Positions 1 through 9,727 of a DNA stretch of 38,252 nt are shown here, piece after piece. The notes beneath the pieces were generated by a model. The model made no database searches, was not told the DNA's origin, and saw nothing but the letters and a program-made list of their open reading frames with translations. Position 1 is the stretch's first letter, and every line of letters begins with the position of its first letter. Source of the DNA: Candidatus Kapaibacterium sp. (GTDB lineage: Bacteria; Bacteroidota; Ignavibacteria; Kapaibacteriales; Kapaibacteriaceae); contig JAPLFN010000120.1 in the NCBI GenBank assembly GCA_026390655.1, forward strand, positions 1 through 38,252. Direction: 5' to 3'. The translations under genes and the position numbers were made by a program.

Positions 1-16
1 TGCCGTGACCGTGGTG

Positions 17-34
17 CGGGGTTACGGGGTTACG
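17..34. repeat. Octamer tandem CGGGGTTA x2 overlapping the porin stop codon
   Basis: cggggtta cggggtta cg; shares the GTTACG core of the other junction repeats. Confidence 0.4.
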
Positions 35-1092
35 AAGCCCCCCAGAGCGATGGACGTGGAGAACGTCACATAGGTATCCGACGTAGAGTGCCCGTCAAAC
101 GAAGGATACAGGGGGTTGTCGGCCCACATTGACCGAATCTCGCCCCGGAGTAAGATCGCAGGATCAGGCCTGAAATCAACATTAAGCGAAGCAGAACTGG
201 CAACAAAGTGATAGCCAGTAGGAGTGGTAACGAAAATGTGATCAGGATCCGCATAGTGTTCTGCTCGCAGTGCCACTCGCCAATCGGGAAGAAATGCCCA
301 GGCAGATATGAAGCCGAGATACCACTGCTTGTTTGCATTGTCGGACGCACTTTCTTGAAGGCAAAGGTCGGCAAGGCCAACGATCGTAACGTCGGGAGCC
401 GGCTTCCATTCAATCCAGAAGTTGTTAAAAAATCTGGTCAAAGGCTTCGCACCTCTGGGTTGTTCGTTCCCAACATACGTGCTCCAATTGACTGTAAAAG
501 TTGGGAGCGGCGTGAAGACAACCTTTGAACCAAAGGCAAGGTTCTCGTTGATGTCTACGATCTCTTGCCATCCATTTACAACGACCGCTGTTATAGCTAG
601 ATCGGATGAGGGACTCCACGTTAGCGAAGCGCCGGTCTCGAAATACGGCGTATAGTCGGAACCGAAACACCGAGAGACCACGAGATTGTCACGCGCTACC
701 ATTGACTCATAGCCTATGTGCGAAGGTAGGATCCCAGCATCAAGCCACAACCCCTCTGCAATGCGAACACCAGCCGACGCTTCTTGAATGAACCTCCACG
801 ACGTGTCCGCCCCAGTGTAGTTCACTCGTGTGAACCATCCCTCCTGGAATGCCAATCGTCCTCGCACCCGAGATGAGTTTGCTGTGATTGCGATGTGGCC
901 AAGCATCAACCCGAATTCATCATTTCTCGAGGGCTGCAGTGTGTATGCGCGCTGGTGATTAGGTGGGTGATCGAATGAGTGCGAGAAAACGATGTCCGCC
1001 ATTCCCGATACACGCACAACAAGGCTGTCGTTTGCGAGCAGCTGGCAAGGGGCGATCACCAACACTGTGATGAGTAGGATTCGTATGACCAT
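22..1092 (-). CDS. Outer-membrane beta-barrel porin, BBP2/OmpL-like (DUF1597) family
   Basis: Sec signal peptide; family-like motifs WLDAGILPSHIGYESMVARDN, DYTPYFETGASLT, VVNGWQEIVDINEN, ALRAEHYAD; alternating amphipathic strands. Confidence 0.8.
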   Translation of the reverse strand: MVIRILLITVLVIAPCQLLANDSLVVRVSGMADIVFSHSFDHPPNHQRAYTLQPSRNDEFGLMLGHIAITANSSRVRGRLAFQEGWFTRVNYTGADTSWRFIQEASAGVRIAEGLWLDAGILPSHIGYESMVARDNLVVSRCFGSDYTPYFETGASLTWSPSSDLAITAVVVNGWQEIVDINENLAFGSKVVFTPLPTFTVNWSTYVGNEQPRGAKPLTRFFNNFWIEWKPAPDVTIVGLADLCLQESASDNANKQWYLGFISAWAFLPDWRVALRAEHYADPDHIFVTTPTGYHFVASSASLNVDFRPDPAILLRGEIRSMWADNPLYPSFDGHSTSDTYVTFSTSIALGGFVTP

Positions 1093-1216
1093 TCACAAAA
1101 ATCGCACTATTGAGGGAAAGAGTCAGCCGCCCCCTGTAAAGGTTTTGTCTAGGTGTTTCAGAGTTCCCCGGTCCTGATGTTGCAACCGTATAACAACATC
1201 AATACGGAGCGCCATT

Positions 1217-2470
1217 ATGATCATCAAGAAAATCCTCGGATACCTTTTCATCCTCGGGCTGGCGCTATGCCTAGCCCCATACATGCGATGCCAGCCTCAT
1301 CCCATGACGGTTCATGCGTGGGGATCGATCCAGATTGAGGCTGTGGTTCTTGGTGAGAGGTCCACACCTGACATTGTGGAGCTACAGCTGTCAGCGCCAA
1401 TAGGGCGCACGTTCAAAGGTCGCGATGTGATCGATAGTGTGGAACCCGGTCTATATACCATCAGAGCGGTTATAGGCGGCTACTCAGCCATACAGCGTCT
1501 TAGAGTTGCACCAGGCGAGCACGCTGTTGTACGCATGGTGCTACAACCCACGGACACTATGGTACAGGTAGCCCGGATTATCGTTCGTGACGGCATCTAC
1601 AAAGAGCCGCTTGTGGAACAAGAAATACGAATTGACTCGACATCCGCCATTCTGACGGATGCTGAAGGCGGAATCACGCTGTCATCGGCGCAGCCTGGTT
1701 CGAGCATGTTCATCCGAGGTGTGCGAAGCGGGAAGCAGTCATTTACCACGAATCTTACCCTACGGCCGGGAAGAGAAGCGCGTTATGTAGTGGATGTAAC
1801 AACAGACGAACGCTTTGCTCCCGTTACCAAGGGCCTCCTTGCATGGTATCCAATGAATAGCGGTAACGCACAGCTTTTTGATGCCGGTCCGTTTCAACGA
1901 CACGGAGTTTACGGCAACGTAAAACCGAGTGAATGTGTGGATAGATACGGAGTAGCTAATGGGGCTCGACTCTTCAAGCCTGCAACTGACGCGGCTACAG
2001 TTCCCGACGGCGCATGGCAGAATTCCTTTCCGATGACCGTGAGTTTCTGGATGAAGGTAGATGTAAACTCTGCCGCCACTTGCTTCTTCCTCGGGAAGTA
2101 TCTTCATCCGTACGGCGAAGGTTGGTCCGTCTTTTTTGAAAATCAGCACTTGTGTGCGGGCTACTTTCGAAGCAATTTCAACAACTCCACTCGCGTAGAC
2201 ACCGAGTCACGCATCGATACTCTGTGGCATCATGTGCTGATAACGGTCGACAGCACTCAACTGAATCTCTACGTTGATGGAGGTCGCATTCCTGCTCGAA
2301 AGTTCGCCTCGAAAGGCGGTCCGACAACATCTACAGAGCCGATCATGATCGGGAAAATTCGCACGGAGTATTCGCAAAGCATCAATGGCTTTCGCGGCGC
2401 ACTGGACGATATCATGTTCTTCGATCGCGTGCTGGAAGAAGTGGAGATTCGGAAGCTAGGAGAGAGGTAG
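1217..2470 (+). CDS. Exported protein with carboxypeptidase-regulatory/prealbumin-like Ig domains and a C-terminal LamG-like jellyroll
   Basis: GGAG 7 nt before ATG; hydrophobic N-terminus; PGLYTIRAVIGGY; LamG hallmarks GLLAWYPMN, MTVSFWMK, WHHVLIT, LYVDG, FRGALDDIMFFDRVL. Confidence 0.8.
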   Translation: MIIKKILGYLFILGLALCLAPYMRCQPHPMTVHAWGSIQIEAVVLGERSTPDIVELQLSAPIGRTFKGRDVIDSVEPGLYTIRAVIGGYSAIQRLRVAPGEHAVVRMVLQPTDTMVQVARIIVRDGIYKEPLVEQEIRIDSTSAILTDAEGGITLSSAQPGSSMFIRGVRSGKQSFTTNLTLRPGREARYVVDVTTDERFAPVTKGLLAWYPMNSGNAQLFDAGPFQRHGVYGNVKPSECVDRYGVANGARLFKPATDAATVPDGAWQNSFPMTVSFWMKVDVNSAATCFFLGKYLHPYGEGWSVFFENQHLCAGYFRSNFNNSTRVDTESRIDTLWHHVLITVDSTQLNLYVDGGRIPARKFASKGGPTTSTEPIMIGKIRTEYSQSINGFRGALDDIMFFDRVLEEVEIRKLGER

Positions 2471-2472
2471 AG

Positions 2473-2577
2473 AGTTACTAGTTACGAGTTACTAGTTACT
2501 AGTTACGAATGACGGATGACGAATGACGAATGACGAATGACGAATCACGAATGACGAATTACGAATGACGATTCACG
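2473..2577. repeat. In-phase heptamer tandem array: 5 x AGTTAC(T/G) then 10 x AATGACG-like
   Basis: 15 consecutive 7-bp units read directly; fills the gap between two convergent stop codons. Confidence 0.95.
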
Positions 2578-2785
2578 ACACCTTGCGGACGAACTCAACC
2601 TTGACGGCGATCTTGATTCCATCCACCTTGCAGTCGATGTGTTCGGGATCGTCCGTTACGCGGATCTTCTTAATCACTTGGCCACCTTTGAGCGTTACGC
2701 TGGTGCCGCCAACCTTGAGGTCTTTGATGACCTTGATCGTGTCGCCTGTTGCGAGCACGTTGCCGATACTGTCTTTTACTTCCAT
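2573..2785 (-). CDS. PhnA/YjdM C-terminal domain protein (short form without zinc ribbon)
   Basis: MEVKDSIGNVLATGDTIKVIKDLKVGG...IDCKVDG...KVEFVRK matches the PhnA family pattern; ATG at 2785 preferred to TTG at 2791. Confidence 0.88.
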   Translation of the reverse strand: MEVKDSIGNVLATGDTIKVIKDLKVGGTSVTLKGGQVIKKIRVTDDPEHIDCKVDGIKIAVKVEFVRKVS

Positions 2786-2788
2786 GTG

Positions 2789-2796
2789 CAAAGTTA
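2789..2796 (-). promoter_or_regulatory. Bacteroidota-type -7 promoter box TAACTTTG
   Basis: Exact TAnnTTTG match 3 nt upstream of the ATG; partly formed by an AGTAACT repeat unit. Confidence 0.65.
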
Positions 2797-2800
2797 CTAG

Positions 2801-3688
2801 TTACTTCGATGGCATAGGGGGCTTTACGAGCACGAAGGCGATTCGTGTGTCATCGTCGTTGACGGTAATGCGAACAATGGTGCCAACGAGATCTGCAAGG
2901 GTAGCAAACGGTGTGAATGTTGTTGTGCCCGTCTTCCATTGTACGAGCGTATTGCCACGTACACATATCATTGTGCCGTCCTGCAGCCAACAGAAGTCTT
3001 CACTGCCAAGTGGTGCGGCGATCAACGGTGTTGGTTTGGCGTCACCCTGTGCTATGGTCGAAAACATCCATTTCGTTGAGTCCGACTTGTCAACGAACGA
3101 CAATCTTCCGTCGGGCATTCGTTTTATGGTGCGGCCAATGTTGGATGCAAGGTCAACCGTCTGGCGTGATGCAAGGTCGGTTGCAACAAGGCGATGGGGG
3201 AGCCCCTTTTTGTCATCTCCAACAATGAACAACGCAACTAGCCCGTCGTCGAGCCAGCAATGGTAGCCAACGCGACGTGTTCCAAGAATAGGTGCAATAG
3301 GTTTACCGGTGAGATCATAACGCCAGAGTTGTTGTGACTCTGTATACGCCTCGGTTGTGTCATCTGGTAGTCCAACACGAATAGCAGAGAAACTCTTGCC
3401 ATCGGTCATAGGCGTCGGCGAAAACTCAGACTCTCGCGTGTCTGTTATCTGCGTCGTTAACGATGTAAGGATATCGTACCGATAGACGTCTGTAGACCCA
3501 CTCCTGTCCGACACAAACAATAATGCATTCCCATCGGCAGTGAACGCCGGCTGGTTGTCATATCCCGTCCGCTGAGTGACGTTCCGAACATGAGAGACGG
3601 TCATTGATGTTCGATCAAGATCGGCAAGGTAGATGTCAGTATCCGGGAGTGTGGAGATGGAGGTGCAGCCAACACACAGTAAAGCCAT
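2801..3688 (-). CDS. TolB-like PD40 beta-propeller protein, possible lipoprotein (start uncertain)
   Basis: GYDNQPAFTADG, FVSDRSGSTDVYRYD, SEFSPTP; LLCVGC lipobox-like motif; the ORF-track extension to 3922 overlaps proS. Confidence 0.75.
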   Translation of the reverse strand: MALLCVGCTSISTLPDTDIYLADLDRTSMTVSHVRNVTQRTGYDNQPAFTADGNALLFVSDRSGSTDVYRYDILTSLTTQITDTRESEFSPTPMTDGKSFSAIRVGLPDDTTEAYTESQQLWRYDLTGKPIAPILGTRRVGYHCWLDDGLVALFIVGDDKKGLPHRLVATDLASRQTVDLASNIGRTIKRMPDGRLSFVDKSDSTKWMFSTIAQGDAKPTPLIAAPLGSEDFCWLQDGTMICVRGNTLVQWKTGTTTFTPFATLADLVGTIVRITVNDDDTRIAFVLVKPPMPSK

Positions 3689-3763
3689 AGTTACTAGTGA
3701 CGAGGTACGAGTTACAACTCTCGTAAATAGTAACTGGTAACTCGTACCTAGTAACTGGTAGTT
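3689..3763. repeat. Inverted heptamer arrays forming a hairpin directly after proS
   Basis: Four forward units (3689-3716) and 5-6 reverse units (3722-3763); AGGTACGAGTTAC (3703-3715) pairs perfectly with GTAACTCGTACCT (3737-3749). Confidence 0.85.
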
Positions 3764-5228
3764 AATACGCTCTTGCAAACAACACTCTTTGTGTACTTGG
3801 CTTGCCGGACTTAATGCACACGCCAACTTCTTGTGAGTTATCGAGCGGAATACAGCGGATTGTGGCCTTGGTTTCTTCCTTGATAAGGTCTTCTGTCTCC
3901 GGTGTACCATCCCAATGTGCACTCACAAAACCGGTCTTGGTATCGAGGACGCTGATGAAGTCTTCCCACGTATCCACGCGAGTGATGTGCTCATCGCGGA
4001 ATGCACGTGCACGTGTGAGCATGTTCTGTTGGATCTCTTCGAGAAGTGCTGCAACGTAGTCAGCAATCCCATCGACGGCAACGCTTGACTTTTCGCGCGT
4101 GTCTCTTCGTGCAACCTCGATGGTGCCGGCAGCAAGATCACGAGCACCAAGGCCAAGACGTACAGGAATGCCCAGTTTCTCATACTCAGCGAATTTGAAA
4201 CCCGGACGGTTCTGATCGTCGTTGTCGATCTTTACGCGAATGCCTCGTGCGCGCAACTCGCCAGCTATTCTATCCGCTACTTCAGTGAGTTCGGGAAGGG
4301 GCTTCGGTATTGGTATGATCACTACTTGCGTAGAGGCAAGCCTTGGCGGTACGATAAGGCCCTCGTCATCAGAATGCGCCATCACCAGTGCGCCCATGAG
4401 TCGCGTAGATACGCCCCATGACGACGCCCACACATATTCCAACGTGCCTTCTTTTGTTGTGAATTGCACATCAAAGGCTTTTGCAAAACTTTGACCGAGG
4501 AAGTGTGACGTGCCGGCCTGTAGTGCCTTGCCATCTTGCATGAGAGCTTCGATGCAATACGTGTCTTCTGCGCCGGGGAATCGTTCGTTTGCTGTCTTTA
4601 CACCCTTGATCACCGGAAGTGCCATCCACTCCTCAGCAAACGTAGCGTACACATCAAGCATCTTTATCGTTTCCTCGATGGCTTCATCACGAGTTGCGTG
4701 CGCTGTATGACCTTCTTGCCAGAGAAACTCCGTTGTGCGCAAGAAGAGTCGCGTGCGCATCTCCCACCGTACAACATTTGCCCACTGATTGATGAGAAGG
4801 GGCAGATCGCGGTACGACTGAATCCATTCCTTGTACGTGCTCCAGATGATGGTCTCAGACGTAGGACGGATGATCAGTTCTTCTTCGAGCTTGGCTTCCG
4901 GGTCAACGATAAGCCCCGTACCATCATCTGAATTTTTCAAACGATAGTGCGTAACAACGGCACATTCCTTGGCAAAGCCCTCGATGTGTGCTGCTTCCTT
5001 GCTCAAGAAGCTCTTTGGAATCAGCAAGGGGAAGTAGGCGTTGACGTGTCCGGTATCCTTGAACATGCGATCGAGCTGATCGCGCATGTTCTCCCAGATC
5101 CCAAAGCCATACGGCTTGATGACCATGCAGCCCTTAACGGCTGAATAATCTGCCAAGCCCGCTTTGCGGACAAGGTCAATGTACCATTGTGAATAATCGT
5201 CGGCGCGGGGTGTGATCTCTTTGCTCAT
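3762..5228 (-). CDS. proS: Proline--tRNA ligase, archaeal/eukaryote-like type
   Basis: [46 protein letters not shown]-terminal ATIRCIP...FARAY. Confidence 0.98.
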   Translation of the reverse strand: MSKEITPRADDYSQWYIDLVRKAGLADYSAVKGCMVIKPYGFGIWENMRDQLDRMFKDTGHVNAYFPLLIPKSFLSKEAAHIEGFAKECAVVTHYRLKNSDDGTGLIVDPEAKLEEELIIRPTSETIIWSTYKEWIQSYRDLPLLINQWANVVRWEMRTRLFLRTTEFLWQEGHTAHATRDEAIEETIKMLDVYATFAEEWMALPVIKGVKTANERFPGAEDTYCIEALMQDGKALQAGTSHFLGQSFAKAFDVQFTTKEGTLEYVWASSWGVSTRLMGALVMAHSDDEGLIVPPRLASTQVVIIPIPKPLPELTEVADRIAGELRARGIRVKIDNDDQNRPGFKFAEYEKLGIPVRLGLGARDLAAGTIEVARRDTREKSSVAVDGIADYVAALLEEIQQNMLTRARAFRDEHITRVDTWEDFISVLDTKTGFVSAHWDGTPETEDLIKEETKATIRCIPLDNSQEVGVCIKSGKPSTQRVLFARAY

Positions 5229-5234
5229 AGTGGG

Positions 5235-5242
5235 CAAAGATA
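5235..5242 (-). promoter_or_regulatory. Bacteroidota-type -7 promoter box TATCTTTG for proS
   Basis: Exact TAnnTTTG match 6 nt upstream of ATG 5228. Confidence 0.65.
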
Positions 5243-5249
5243 GTTTTTC

Positions 5250-6047
5250 CTACTTCGTCCCCTCGAACAAAAACACGAGCTGACCATCTGGAGACTCGTA
5301 GATAGCGTTCGCCTTGCGATTATCGGCGGTAGGAATCTCTTCTACGGGGAAGATGCCGCTGGTCCTCAGGTTCTCGATCCGCTTCTCCATATCAGGCATG
5401 AAATACGTGAACGCTGTTGACACAATGTCTCTGTCCAGGTGGATGCCGATCTCAATGTGGCCATCACCCATGTTCACAAACTCGTAGGGAATCGAATCAC
5501 CGCGCACAACAACAAATCCCAGGTCCTCCCAGTACTGTCGCTCGGGTTTGACCTTGGACGCTGCAGCGCTAAACTCCGTGAGCTTGCCACACATAGGATT
5601 GAGGGCAATCACTTTCTTGTAATCCTCTTCCAGGGTCTCAGGACGCAAAGCAAGGTAGACGTTGTTTGGTGAACGAAGGCGTAGCTCGCTGAAACTCGGA
5701 CCCTCAACATCATACGTTGATGCGATTGTTAGCGAGTCAAGCTTTGCCTTAAGGCTCTTGATGTTCTCGCAACGATAGACGAGAACGGGTGACGGCTGTG
5801 ATGTCTTTACCAGCGTGATCACTACTTGACCGTCAAAGAGAGTTATTGCTGAATCGATCTTATCCGTTGGGCGCGACACTGGCGAAAACCCCATTTTCGT
5901 CCACCACGCCATCGACTGCAACATGTTCTTTGTGCTAAGCACTACGCGAGTTGGTGTGCCGATGAGGGTCTTAGGCGTCTGGGTTGACGTTTGTGCGGAC
6001 AGGAGCCCCGTAGATAACAACAGAATGAAAACAACTCTAGAGATCAT
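5250..6047 (-). CDS. Exported two-domain VOC/glyoxalase-like protein
   Basis: Signal peptide; two repeated modules ([10 protein letters not shown] / RQYWEDLGF; RSPNNV / [10 protein letters not shown]). Confidence 0.6.
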   Translation of the reverse strand: MISRVVFILLLSTGLLSAQTSTQTPKTLIGTPTRVVLSTKNMLQSMAWWTKMGFSPVSRPTDKIDSAITLFDGQVVITLVKTSQPSPVLVYRCENIKSLKAKLDSLTIASTYDVEGPSFSELRLRSPNNVYLALRPETLEEDYKKVIALNPMCGKLTEFSAAASKVKPERQYWEDLGFVVVRGDSIPYEFVNMGDGHIEIGIHLDRDIVSTAFTYFMPDMEKRIENLRTSGIFPVEEIPTADNRKANAIYESPDGQLVFLFEGTK

Positions 6048-7078
6048 GGATTGTCTCCGTTGAAGAGCGGAATGTCGGGTAATGGAGCAGAGAGTCCCAG
6101 GTGACGGTAGGCAAGGGGCGTAGCAATGCGCCCTCTTGGTGTCCGTTGTAAGAATCCCTGCTGGATAAGAAACGGTTCATACACCTCTTCAAGTGTACCG
6201 GGCTCTTCACCAACGGCAACGGCGAGGGTGGAAATGCCAACCGGACCGCCCGCGAACTTCTCGATAAGGGCGGAGATGATGCGTGCATCCATCTCGTCGA
6301 GACCAAACTCATCCACATCCAATGCCTGCAATGCCAACCGTGCTATCTCGAGCGTTACAACTCCCGTGCCCTTGATATCTGCGAAGTCCCGCGTGCGTCG
6401 TAGAAGTCGATTCGCAATCCGTGGGGTTCCCCGAGCACGTCTTGCTAACTCGTTAGCCCCTTCCACATCGATATCAGCATTGAGTAACGATGCGCTTCGA
6501 ACGATCACTCGTGCAAGGTCTTCGGCGTTGTAGTAGTCGAGTCGATTGGTGATGCCGAAACGTGAGCGTAAGGGGGCTGTGAGCAATCCTTGCCGTGTGG
6601 TGGCACCGATGAGCGTGAAGCGTGGCACAGCCAGTTGAATGGAGCGTGCTGCCGGACCAGAATCGATCATGATGTCGAGACGGAAATCTTCCATCGCCGA
6701 GTAGAGATACTCTTCTACAACGGGAGACAGCCGATGAATCTCGTCGATGAAGAGAATATCGCCCTCTTCAAGACTGGTTAGTAATCCCGCAAGGTCGCCC
6801 GGTTTTTCGAGGACAGGACCAGAGGTGATCTTGATGTGCGCGCCCATCTCCCGTGCGATGATGTGCGAGAGCGTGGTCTTGCCAAGTCCGGGCGGACCGG
6901 TCAAGAGAACATGGTCAAGTGCCTCGCCCCTTCCCTTGGCAGCAGCAATAAAGATCTTGAGATTCTCAACGATCTTGGGCTGTCCTGTGAAGTCCGCAAA
7001 CGTAGTGGGGCGCAACGCCGCCTCAACGTCTTCGTCGGTGCGTGCTAACGGATCTGTCTGTTCGTTGTGTCTGCTCAT
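6044..7078 (-). CDS. ruvB: Holliday junction branch migration helicase RuvB
   Basis: [60 protein letters not shown]; ATG at 7078. Confidence 0.98.
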   Translation of the reverse strand: MSRHNEQTDPLARTDEDVEAALRPTTFADFTGQPKIVENLKIFIAAAKGRGEALDHVLLTGPPGLGKTTLSHIIAREMGAHIKITSGPVLEKPGDLAGLLTSLEEGDILFIDEIHRLSPVVEEYLYSAMEDFRLDIMIDSGPAARSIQLAVPRFTLIGATTRQGLLTAPLRSRFGITNRLDYYNAEDLARVIVRSASLLNADIDVEGANELARRARGTPRIANRLLRRTRDFADIKGTGVVTLEIARLALQALDVDEFGLDEMDARIISALIEKFAGGPVGISTLAVAVGEEPGTLEEVYEPFLIQQGFLQRTPRGRIATPLAYRHLGLSAPLPDIPLFNGDNP

Positions 7079-7089
7079 GGATGGGAGAA

Positions 7090-7121
7090 AGTTACGGAGA
7101 TACGGAGTTACGGAGATACGG
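7090..7121. repeat. Octamer tandem AG(T/A)TACGG x4 upstream of ruvB
   Basis: agttacgg agatacgg agttacgg agatacgg. Confidence 0.9.
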
Positions 7122-7124
7122 TGG

Positions 7125-7156
7125 AGGTCCCTCCTCGCTGGGCTCGTCGGGATGAC
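7125..7156 (-). repeat. REP-like element GTCATCCCGACGAG...GAGGAGGGACCT
   Basis: Imperfect hairpin resembling the GTCATCCCG...GGGATC intergenic repeat family; single copy in this window. Confidence 0.5.
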
Positions 7157-7178
7157 GCGTGCGTTCTTTAGCCCGATG

Positions 7179-8459
7179 CTACCGCCCATTCGTGTAGATA
7201 TTACTAGCCGTTACTGCTACGATGCCGTCATAGCCACCAAAGTCGAACTCGCGGTAATAGGCAAAGGCCACAAAGCTGTTGCTGGCCGATGCAGTGTTGC
7301 CTTCGAACTCTTCAAAGGAGAGATCGAGGATCTCGTCGCTGTCTGCACTGAGGCGCCCCGTTGCATAGAGATAGTCTTGTCGACCGCGACGGAGCCAATT
7401 GCGACATCGGTAGAGGCGCAGTTCTTCGTCGTAGTGCATCATCCAGGTTCTGTCGGGCTTCCAGTTGTTGAACGACCCTACAACAAACACGTCGTCCTCA
7501 CTTGCGCCACCCGGTGCGGGATCGAGGTTGATCTCTACCGGTACGTACTCATCATTATAGCCCGAAACCATGTCGGTGATGAGAGCCCCATCGTCCGACT
7601 TCTGAATGAACATGCCGTTGCGACGTAGGTCGCTCAAGGGCATGCGAACGGGCTGACCGGTAAAAGGGAATCGGGAAAGATCTGTGAGGTCGAGCACGCG
7701 ATACTCGTTCTGCGCCGGCAAGCGAGAGATGCGAAACACCTTGCCCCCTTGAAGAATACCAACGATTGCATTCCCCACACCTCGCGGGTTGAGATCGGTT
7801 GACACCTGATCGGAGACAATGAATGGCTCATTCCATCGATGATTACGGTAGTATGTTACCGTATGAAGGTTGTTGGTGAGGAGTTTCCCTGTGCGCTCAG
7901 TTACGGTTGCCTCAATCGTGTACGCAATAGAACTCACGCGCTTCTTGGGCTCGTAGAAGTCGGTCATAAAGGCCAACTGCATAGCTGCACGTTTGTTCAC
8001 GGCAAAGATTCGCGTCTGGGCGATCGGGGCATCCGTATTCAGATCGTAGATCGTGATCAGCCAATTGCCACTGAACTTCAACGTTGTTTGTTCGTTGGGA
8101 ATCTTGATCTTACCACGATAGCGGTAGTACTTGGATCGCTCTGGGGCGAGCGACCAATTCACGAGGCTGGTTCGATTGGTTATGTCGGCTAAGAATCCGT
8201 TGTCATCCGGACGCCAATCGGCGGTGCAATGCGTAGCGCGCGCATACACATTGGGTATCGTGTTTGCCGCTAGATCAAATTCTACCGTTGCGAATGGCGA
8301 GCCCACCTCATGCTCTGCCTCGCTGTCGAGCATAACAATAGGCGGAAGTTGCTCATTGGTGCCGCCATAGGCGCGAATCATTCGTACCGTTGGTAGCTCA
8401 TCCTGCGCCAGACATAGCGACGCCGACAAGAGAATGCCAACGAGAACGTGTCGGATCAT
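7179..8459 (-). CDS. Type IX secretion system plug-domain protein (DUF5103 family)
   Basis: Signal peptide; [15 protein letters not shown]...[44 protein letters not shown]. Confidence 0.8.
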   Translation of the reverse strand: MIRHVLVGILLSASLCLAQDELPTVRMIRAYGGTNEQLPPIVMLDSEAEHEVGSPFATVEFDLAANTIPNVYARATHCTADWRPDDNGFLADITNRTSLVNWSLAPERSKYYRYRGKIKIPNEQTTLKFSGNWLITIYDLNTDAPIAQTRIFAVNKRAAMQLAFMTDFYEPKKRVSSIAYTIEATVTERTGKLLTNNLHTVTYYRNHRWNEPFIVSDQVSTDLNPRGVGNAIVGILQGGKVFRISRLPAQNEYRVLDLTDLSRFPFTGQPVRMPLSDLRRNGMFIQKSDDGALITDMVSGYNDEYVPVEINLDPAPGGASEDDVFVVGSFNNWKPDRTWMMHYDEELRLYRCRNWLRRGRQDYLYATGRLSADSDEILDLSFEEFEGNTASASNSFVAFAYYREFDFGGYDGIVAVTASNIYTNGR

Positions 8460-8935
8460 CCGCGCAAGGCCTTCATCGTTTCGCGTGCCTTCAATCGATT
8501 TTCGCGCCTGATCGCAGCTTCTTCAAAGCGCAATTTCTCTTCCTCAGTGACCGGCTCCAACTCAGGTGCGGGAAGGGGCTTCCCATATTGATCGATGGCA
8601 ACAAACGTGAGGAATGCTTCTGATGTACTCGTGCGTGTCCCGTGAATTGGATCCTCGCGATCCACCTCTACATAGATCTCCATGGACGTGCGAAACGCGC
8701 GCGTAAGCACGGAGCGGATGTGGACTACGTGACCAAGTTTGATAGGCTCTTTGAAGCTGATCTCGTCCACAGATGCTGTAACACATACCTTGTTGCAATG
8801 CCGTTGAGCGCTTAACGCAGCCGCAATGTCAATCCAATGCATGAGTCTACCACCAAGGAGATTCCCGAGGAAGTTCGTGTCGTTCGGCAGGACAAGCTCG
8901 GTCATAATAACCACGCTGTCAGCTGGGGTCTTCAT
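8456..8935 (-). CDS. Acyl-CoA thioesterase (hotdog fold, YciA family)
   Basis: PNDTNFLGNLLGGRLMHWID, VTASVD, FRTSMEI, TFVAID. Confidence 0.93.
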   Translation of the reverse strand: MKTPADSVVIMTELVLPNDTNFLGNLLGGRLMHWIDIAAALSAQRHCNKVCVTASVDEISFKEPIKLGHVVHIRSVLTRAFRTSMEIYVEVDREDPIHGTRTSTSEAFLTFVAIDQYGKPLPAPELEPVTEEEKLRFEEAAIRRENRLKARETMKALRG

Positions 8936-9687
8936 GGTAGTTCCTTTTCGTATTCGTCAACTTCTGCCTTCATCTTCGGTTCCTTGATCGCTCGACGATA
9001 GTAGGCGATGAGAGACCGTGCGTCGTCGTTCTTCTCTTGAAAGGTGAGGATCTTCAGTTTAAGAACCATTGCGCTTTCAAGCCATTTAGAATCCGGGTAG
9101 TCGTCGATGATCGCATCCAAATGCACAGCCGCAGCCCTACGTGCCAGCGTCTTCATGTAGTGTTCGGCAATGAGCCAATTGCGTTCTGCCAATCTATCGC
9201 GTAGGACGCGTGTTCGAATCGCTGCTTCGTGCGCAAGTGAGTCACTCATGAACATCGCCTGGAAATCCGAGTAGGCCTGGAGAGCCTTGCGTGTATTCTC
9301 TTGGTCGCGGTCCGCCGGAAGCGACATCTTATCGTAGCACAGTCCGGTTTTATACATAGCCCGTTTCACAAACTCGCTCGACGGATACGACCTTCGTATG
9401 AGACCATAGTTAAACGCTGCAAGGATAAATTCGCCCCGTTCAAAATTGATCTCCGCCAGGTAGAACTGCGCGTCGTCTGCGTACTGAGAAGCCGGGTACT
9501 GGAGCTTTATCACATCCAATTGTGCTTGTGCGTCTAGCCAATCGCCATCATCATACGACTTTTTGGCAATCACCCACACGTCATCCACCGTTCGTTGCTT
9601 ACGAGCTTCCTCAGCAGAAGAGCAGGAGAAGAGCGAAAAAGCGAAAAGGGCGAAAAGGGTCAGGAATATGTGGTGCGTGGAGGGCAT
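8932..9687 (-). CDS. bamD: Outer membrane protein assembly factor BamD (TPR lipoprotein)
   Basis: LFSC lipobox; YPASQYADDAQFYLA, YPSSEF, DRDQENTRKA, YPDSKW; ATG at 9687. Confidence 0.9.
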   Translation of the reverse strand: MPSTHHIFLTLFALFAFSLFSCSSAEEARKQRTVDDVWVIAKKSYDDGDWLDAQAQLDVIKLQYPASQYADDAQFYLAEINFERGEFILAAFNYGLIRRSYPSSEFVKRAMYKTGLCYDKMSLPADRDQENTRKALQAYSDFQAMFMSDSLAHEAAIRTRVLRDRLAERNWLIAEHYMKTLARRAAAVHLDAIIDDYPDSKWLESAMVLKLKILTFQEKNDDARSLIAYYRRAIKEPKMKAEVDEYEKELP

Positions 9688-9693
9688 AGACCG

Positions 9694-9701
9694 CAAAGAT
9701 A
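9694..9701 (-). promoter_or_regulatory. Bacteroidota-type -7 promoter box TATCTTTG for bamD
   Basis: Exact TAnnTTTG match 6 nt upstream of ATG 9687. Confidence 0.65.
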
Positions 9702-9727
9702 ACGGATAGTGCTCGCCCGTATTGGGT

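Noticed and set aside
2473-2577. CRISPR array
   Set aside because: 7-bp tandem units with no unique spacers and no cas genes nearby
2565-3266. 233-aa plus-strand ORF
   Set aside because: Antisense shadow of two well-supported genes; its ATG comes from the repeat
3689-3922. N-terminal extension of the TolB-like ORF
   Set aside because: Overlaps the conserved proS C-terminus on the same strand
7079-7189. Longer ruvB start
   Set aside because: Runs through intergenic repeats; RuvB similarity begins after ATG 7078
6747-7628. 293-aa plus-strand ORF
   Set aside because: Antisense to ruvB and the plug gene; no recognisable motif
9633-9658. GCGAAAA repeats in bamD
   Set aside because: Explained by the LFALFAF signal-peptide codons
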